Source of the DNA: Chrysomallon squamiferum
Lineage: Eukaryota > Animalia > Mollusca
DNA: 64,000 bases
Assembly (NCBI GenBank): GCA_012295275.1
Contig: CM022667.1
Span: forward strand, 2,666,001-2,730,000
Direction: 5' to 3'
Shown here: positions 48,159 to 64,000 of the stretch, in pieces
Numbering within the stretch: position 1 is the first letter of the stretch
Layout of the letters: every line of letters begins with the position of its first letter
Notes under the pieces: generated by a model
Told to the model about the DNA's origin: nothing
Database searches by the model: none
What the model saw: only the letters and a program-made list of their open reading frames with translations
Position numbers and translations under genes: made by a program

Positions 48159-48800
48159 GTGCAAACAGTCCTACGTTGTTTACGTTACGTCGACGTCAAG
48201 CAAAAATTGAAATAGGAAAATACTCTGTGTAGATTCTGATGATCAAACACATTAATCAAGCGGAACCAAATGTAAATATGTGTACGGTGGTCACCTAACG
48301 ACCACAACGTGAACGTCGACGTCAGCAAAAATTTATAAGTAGTATAATCTGTACAGATTCTAACGAACAAAGCATTGACCTAGCGAAACCAAATGTAAAC
48401 AGTGTGCGTTGTTTATCTAACGACGTCAACGAGGACGTCCACTACAGCAATAATTAAAATATACTACTCTGTACAGATTCCAACGAAGAAGGCATTGACA
48501 TAGCCAAGCTGAAGTAAACTGTGGATGTTGTTTAACAACAACAACAACAAAACATTAATATATTATACTCTGCATAAATTGTAATGAACAAGGCATTATG
48601 GCTGATAAATTTGACGTGGACAGTACATGTTATTTACTTAACAACGACACTAACGGCGAGACAGCAACAAGAAGAAAATAATGAACATTTTCTTCTCTGT
48701 ATAGATTCTACTGAATAAGGCATATATTGTTTTCTTAATAACAACGACGACAACGATAATAAAACAATGAACAAACTACATTATACTCTAGACTGTTCTA
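48148..48800 (+). repeat. Degenerate ~120-bp tandem repeat (~5 units) in the 3' flank/UTR of the LamG-PAN gene
   Basis: Recurring tactctgtacagattc.aacgaacaa.gcattgac.tagcgaaaccaaatgtaaac...gttgttta...acgacg. Confidence 0.7.
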
Positions 48801-48879
48801 AAATTAGTTACTATTTACGTGGTAACAAAGACGATGAAAATCTATCATTTTTACTTAGAAAGTGAAACTATTGAAAACT

Positions 48880-48909
<30 letters not shown>

Positions 48910-48911
<2 letters not shown>

Positions 48912-49225
48912 AGAAACGGCAATACGGTTCGACTGTTTATGCAGTAAAAACTGAAAATGTACTACTGTTTAGTAAAAGAAACTGAAATTGTTCTGTGGTT
49001 TATGTAATAAAAGAAATTCAAAATGTTCTGTGCTTTATTAATAGAAGAAACTGAAAATGTTCCACTGTTTATTAACGAAACTGAAAATATTTTATTGTTT
49101 AATAAAAAAGTAAAAATATTCTACTGTTTAATAAAAGAAACTGAAAATGTTCTATTGTTTATGTAATAAAAGAAACTGAAAACGTTCTATTGTTTATGTA
49201 ATAAAAGAAACTGAAAACGTTCTTT
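48910..49225. repeat. Minisatellite, ~30-34-bp unit x ~9
   Basis: Repeated aataaaagaaactgaaaatgttctactgttt. Confidence 0.8.
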
Positions 49226-49668
49226 TCTTTTTATATAACTGAGACAGAATGTATTTTGAGTCTTAATTACAAAAACTATGAAAATATTCTGGTTATGCAA
49301 CAGAAACTTGTAGAATATTCTTCTATTTTAAAGACACCAAACTATGAGAAAGTTCTGCTGTTGTTACGTAAAATAACACAGAAGTAAGAAAATATACATA
49401 CATACATAAGTACAGAAACATACATACATACATACATACAGGTTTGGCTTGAAAAGGTTTCAAGAATTATTTCGATTAAGAAGGCATTCGAAGTAAAGAT
49501 ATATACACAATAATCATATGAACATTCCTTAATAAGAAGAAAAGGGGCGTTAACAATGTGTGTTGTTTCTTAAGAACCTAAACAAAAATATACGACTTTC
49601 CCGTAGGTTTCACTAAACAAGCCATTTCTGTTTATATGTGACTAGTACTCTCTCTCTCTCACTCACTC

Positions 49669-49704
<36 letters not shown>

Positions 49705-49946
49705 AATATAATAATAATAATATAAATAAAATGTGCACTTTTTATCAAGCAATGCATAGTATTCTTCTACGAATGAATGTTTGTACATAAACAGGTATTT
49801 AGCAATGGATATTATCTTGTCTTATGTTGGTCCAACTGCACTTTTACTTACTAAAGTAATGACACCGGAGGACAAAGTCCAATCAGCACCTCAAAAACGT
49901 ATGACTCCCATTTGCTTATACTCCGGAGACGAATGATGAACCATTC

Positions 49947-50190
49947 GATTGAGAGAAACTTTTATATCTGTTTGTGTGTGTATTTGTATGCATGTATACA
50001 TGTGTGTGTATGTGTATGTGTGTGTGTCTGTTTCTATTGAGAGAAACTTTTATATCTGTTTGTGTGTGTATTTGTATGCGTGTATACAGGTGTGTGTATG
50101 TGTATGTGTGTCTGTTTCTATTGAGAGAAACGTTTATATCTGTTTGTGTGTGTATTTGTATGCATATATATATGTGTATGTTTGTGTTGT
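49947..50190. repeat. Tandem repeat, ~85-90-bp unit x3
   Basis: Repeated attgagagaaacttttatatctgtttgtgtgtgtatttgtatgc... Confidence 0.75.
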
Positions 50191-50469
50191 GTATCTAAGT
50201 AAATTCCGAACATAATAAAATACGTTAAATATATAATTAATCTGCATCTGTAATACATTTCTGCAAACAAATATTTAATTCTGTAATAATACAGTTTAAT
50301 GATGATTTAAACAAATAATTATAATAATCATAATCAACAATAATTTATGAAAACAAAATATTTTAATAACATAAAAGTTAACAGACACCAAATAAATAAA
50401 AAAACAATTGCAACTGTTTGAATAAATGAACTATTGAAGATGTTTTGATTGTTTAAAATCTACTGCTGT

Positions 50470-50966
50470 TGCTGTTTTGACTATACAAAAACTATTGTGA
50501 TTGATTGACTATACAGAAACTATTGTGTTTTCTTGACTATACAGAAACTATTGTTGTTATTTTGATTACATAGAACTATTGTTGTTTTGACTATATATAT
50601 ACTATTGTGACTTCTTTGACTATACAGAAACTATTGTTGTTATTTTTACTATACACAAACTATTGCTTTTAATCTGAGTATGCAGAAAATATTATTGTTA
50701 TTTTGACTATACAGAAACTATTGTGATTGTTTTGATTATATAGCAACTATTATGGTTATTTTGACTATAGAGAAACTATTAAAATGTTTTGACTATACAG
50801 AAACTATTAAATTGTTTTGAAATAATTATGGTTGGTTTGAAATAATTATGGTTGGTTTGACTATAAAGAAACTATTATGGCTGTTTTGACTACAGAGAAA
50901 TTATTGTTGTTGTTTTGACTACACAGAAACTATTGTTGTTATTTTGTTTATACAGAAACTGTTTTA

Positions 50967-50970
<4 letters not shown>
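50470..50970. repeat. Minisatellite, ~28-31-bp unit x ~16, abutting the stop codon of the VWC/ShK gene
   Basis: Repeated ttttgactatacagaaactattgttgtt. Confidence 0.85.
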
Positions 50971-63773
<12,803 letters not shown>

Positions 63774-63821
63774 CTGCAGTGGAAATAACATTTTAAAATT
63801 ATTTTAATACAGCACACATAT

Positions 63822-63891
<70 letters not shown>

Positions 63892-64000
63892 CTATTTTAA
63901 GAGAGAGAGGGAGGGATATTGAAGTGATAGAGCAACATGGTATGCAGAGAGACAGAGGGAGGGAGAGAGGGAAAGAGAGAGGGAGGAGAAAGAGAAAGAG

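Overview
AT-rich, microsatellite-dense animal genomic DNA with spliceosomal introns. The gene content suggests a lophotrochozoan, probably a mollusc (inference). Gene models were built by hand from GT/AG sites and reading-phase continuity. (1) 1.5-13.5 kb, minus strand: four tandem three-exon genes for small secreted Gly/Met/Tyr-rich proteins. Each has a TAA stop codon split by an intron, so the protein ends in YGK. (2) 14.9-17.6 kb, plus strand: the last five exons of an RBCK1/HOIL-1-like RBR E3 ligase. Its 5' exons are absent from the window, so the Gly/Met cluster appears to be nested antisense inside a large HOIL-1 intron. (3) 21.0-31.6 kb, minus strand: a 15-exon ZFAT-like C2H2/AT-hook gene with an apparent 1-nt frameshift in exon 8. 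(4) 35.2-40.5 kb, plus strand: a DEG/ENaC (ASIC-like) channel. (5) 45.8-48.2 kb, plus strand: a secreted LamG-like / Thr-rich / PAN-like protein. (6) 51.0 kb to beyond the window end, minus strand: the 3' part of a large VWC-like plus ShK-like repeat protein, with a 6x32-aa tandem repeat and a GC-AG intron. There is also a decayed Tc1-like transposase, several MITE-like elements and many mini- and microsatellites. The best candidate for an undescribed system is the intron-nested, apparently concertedly evolving Gly/Met/Tyr secreted-peptide cluster with a shared TATA plus C/EBP-ATF-like promoter. Coordinates were counted by eye and family calls come from recalled motifs, not database searches.
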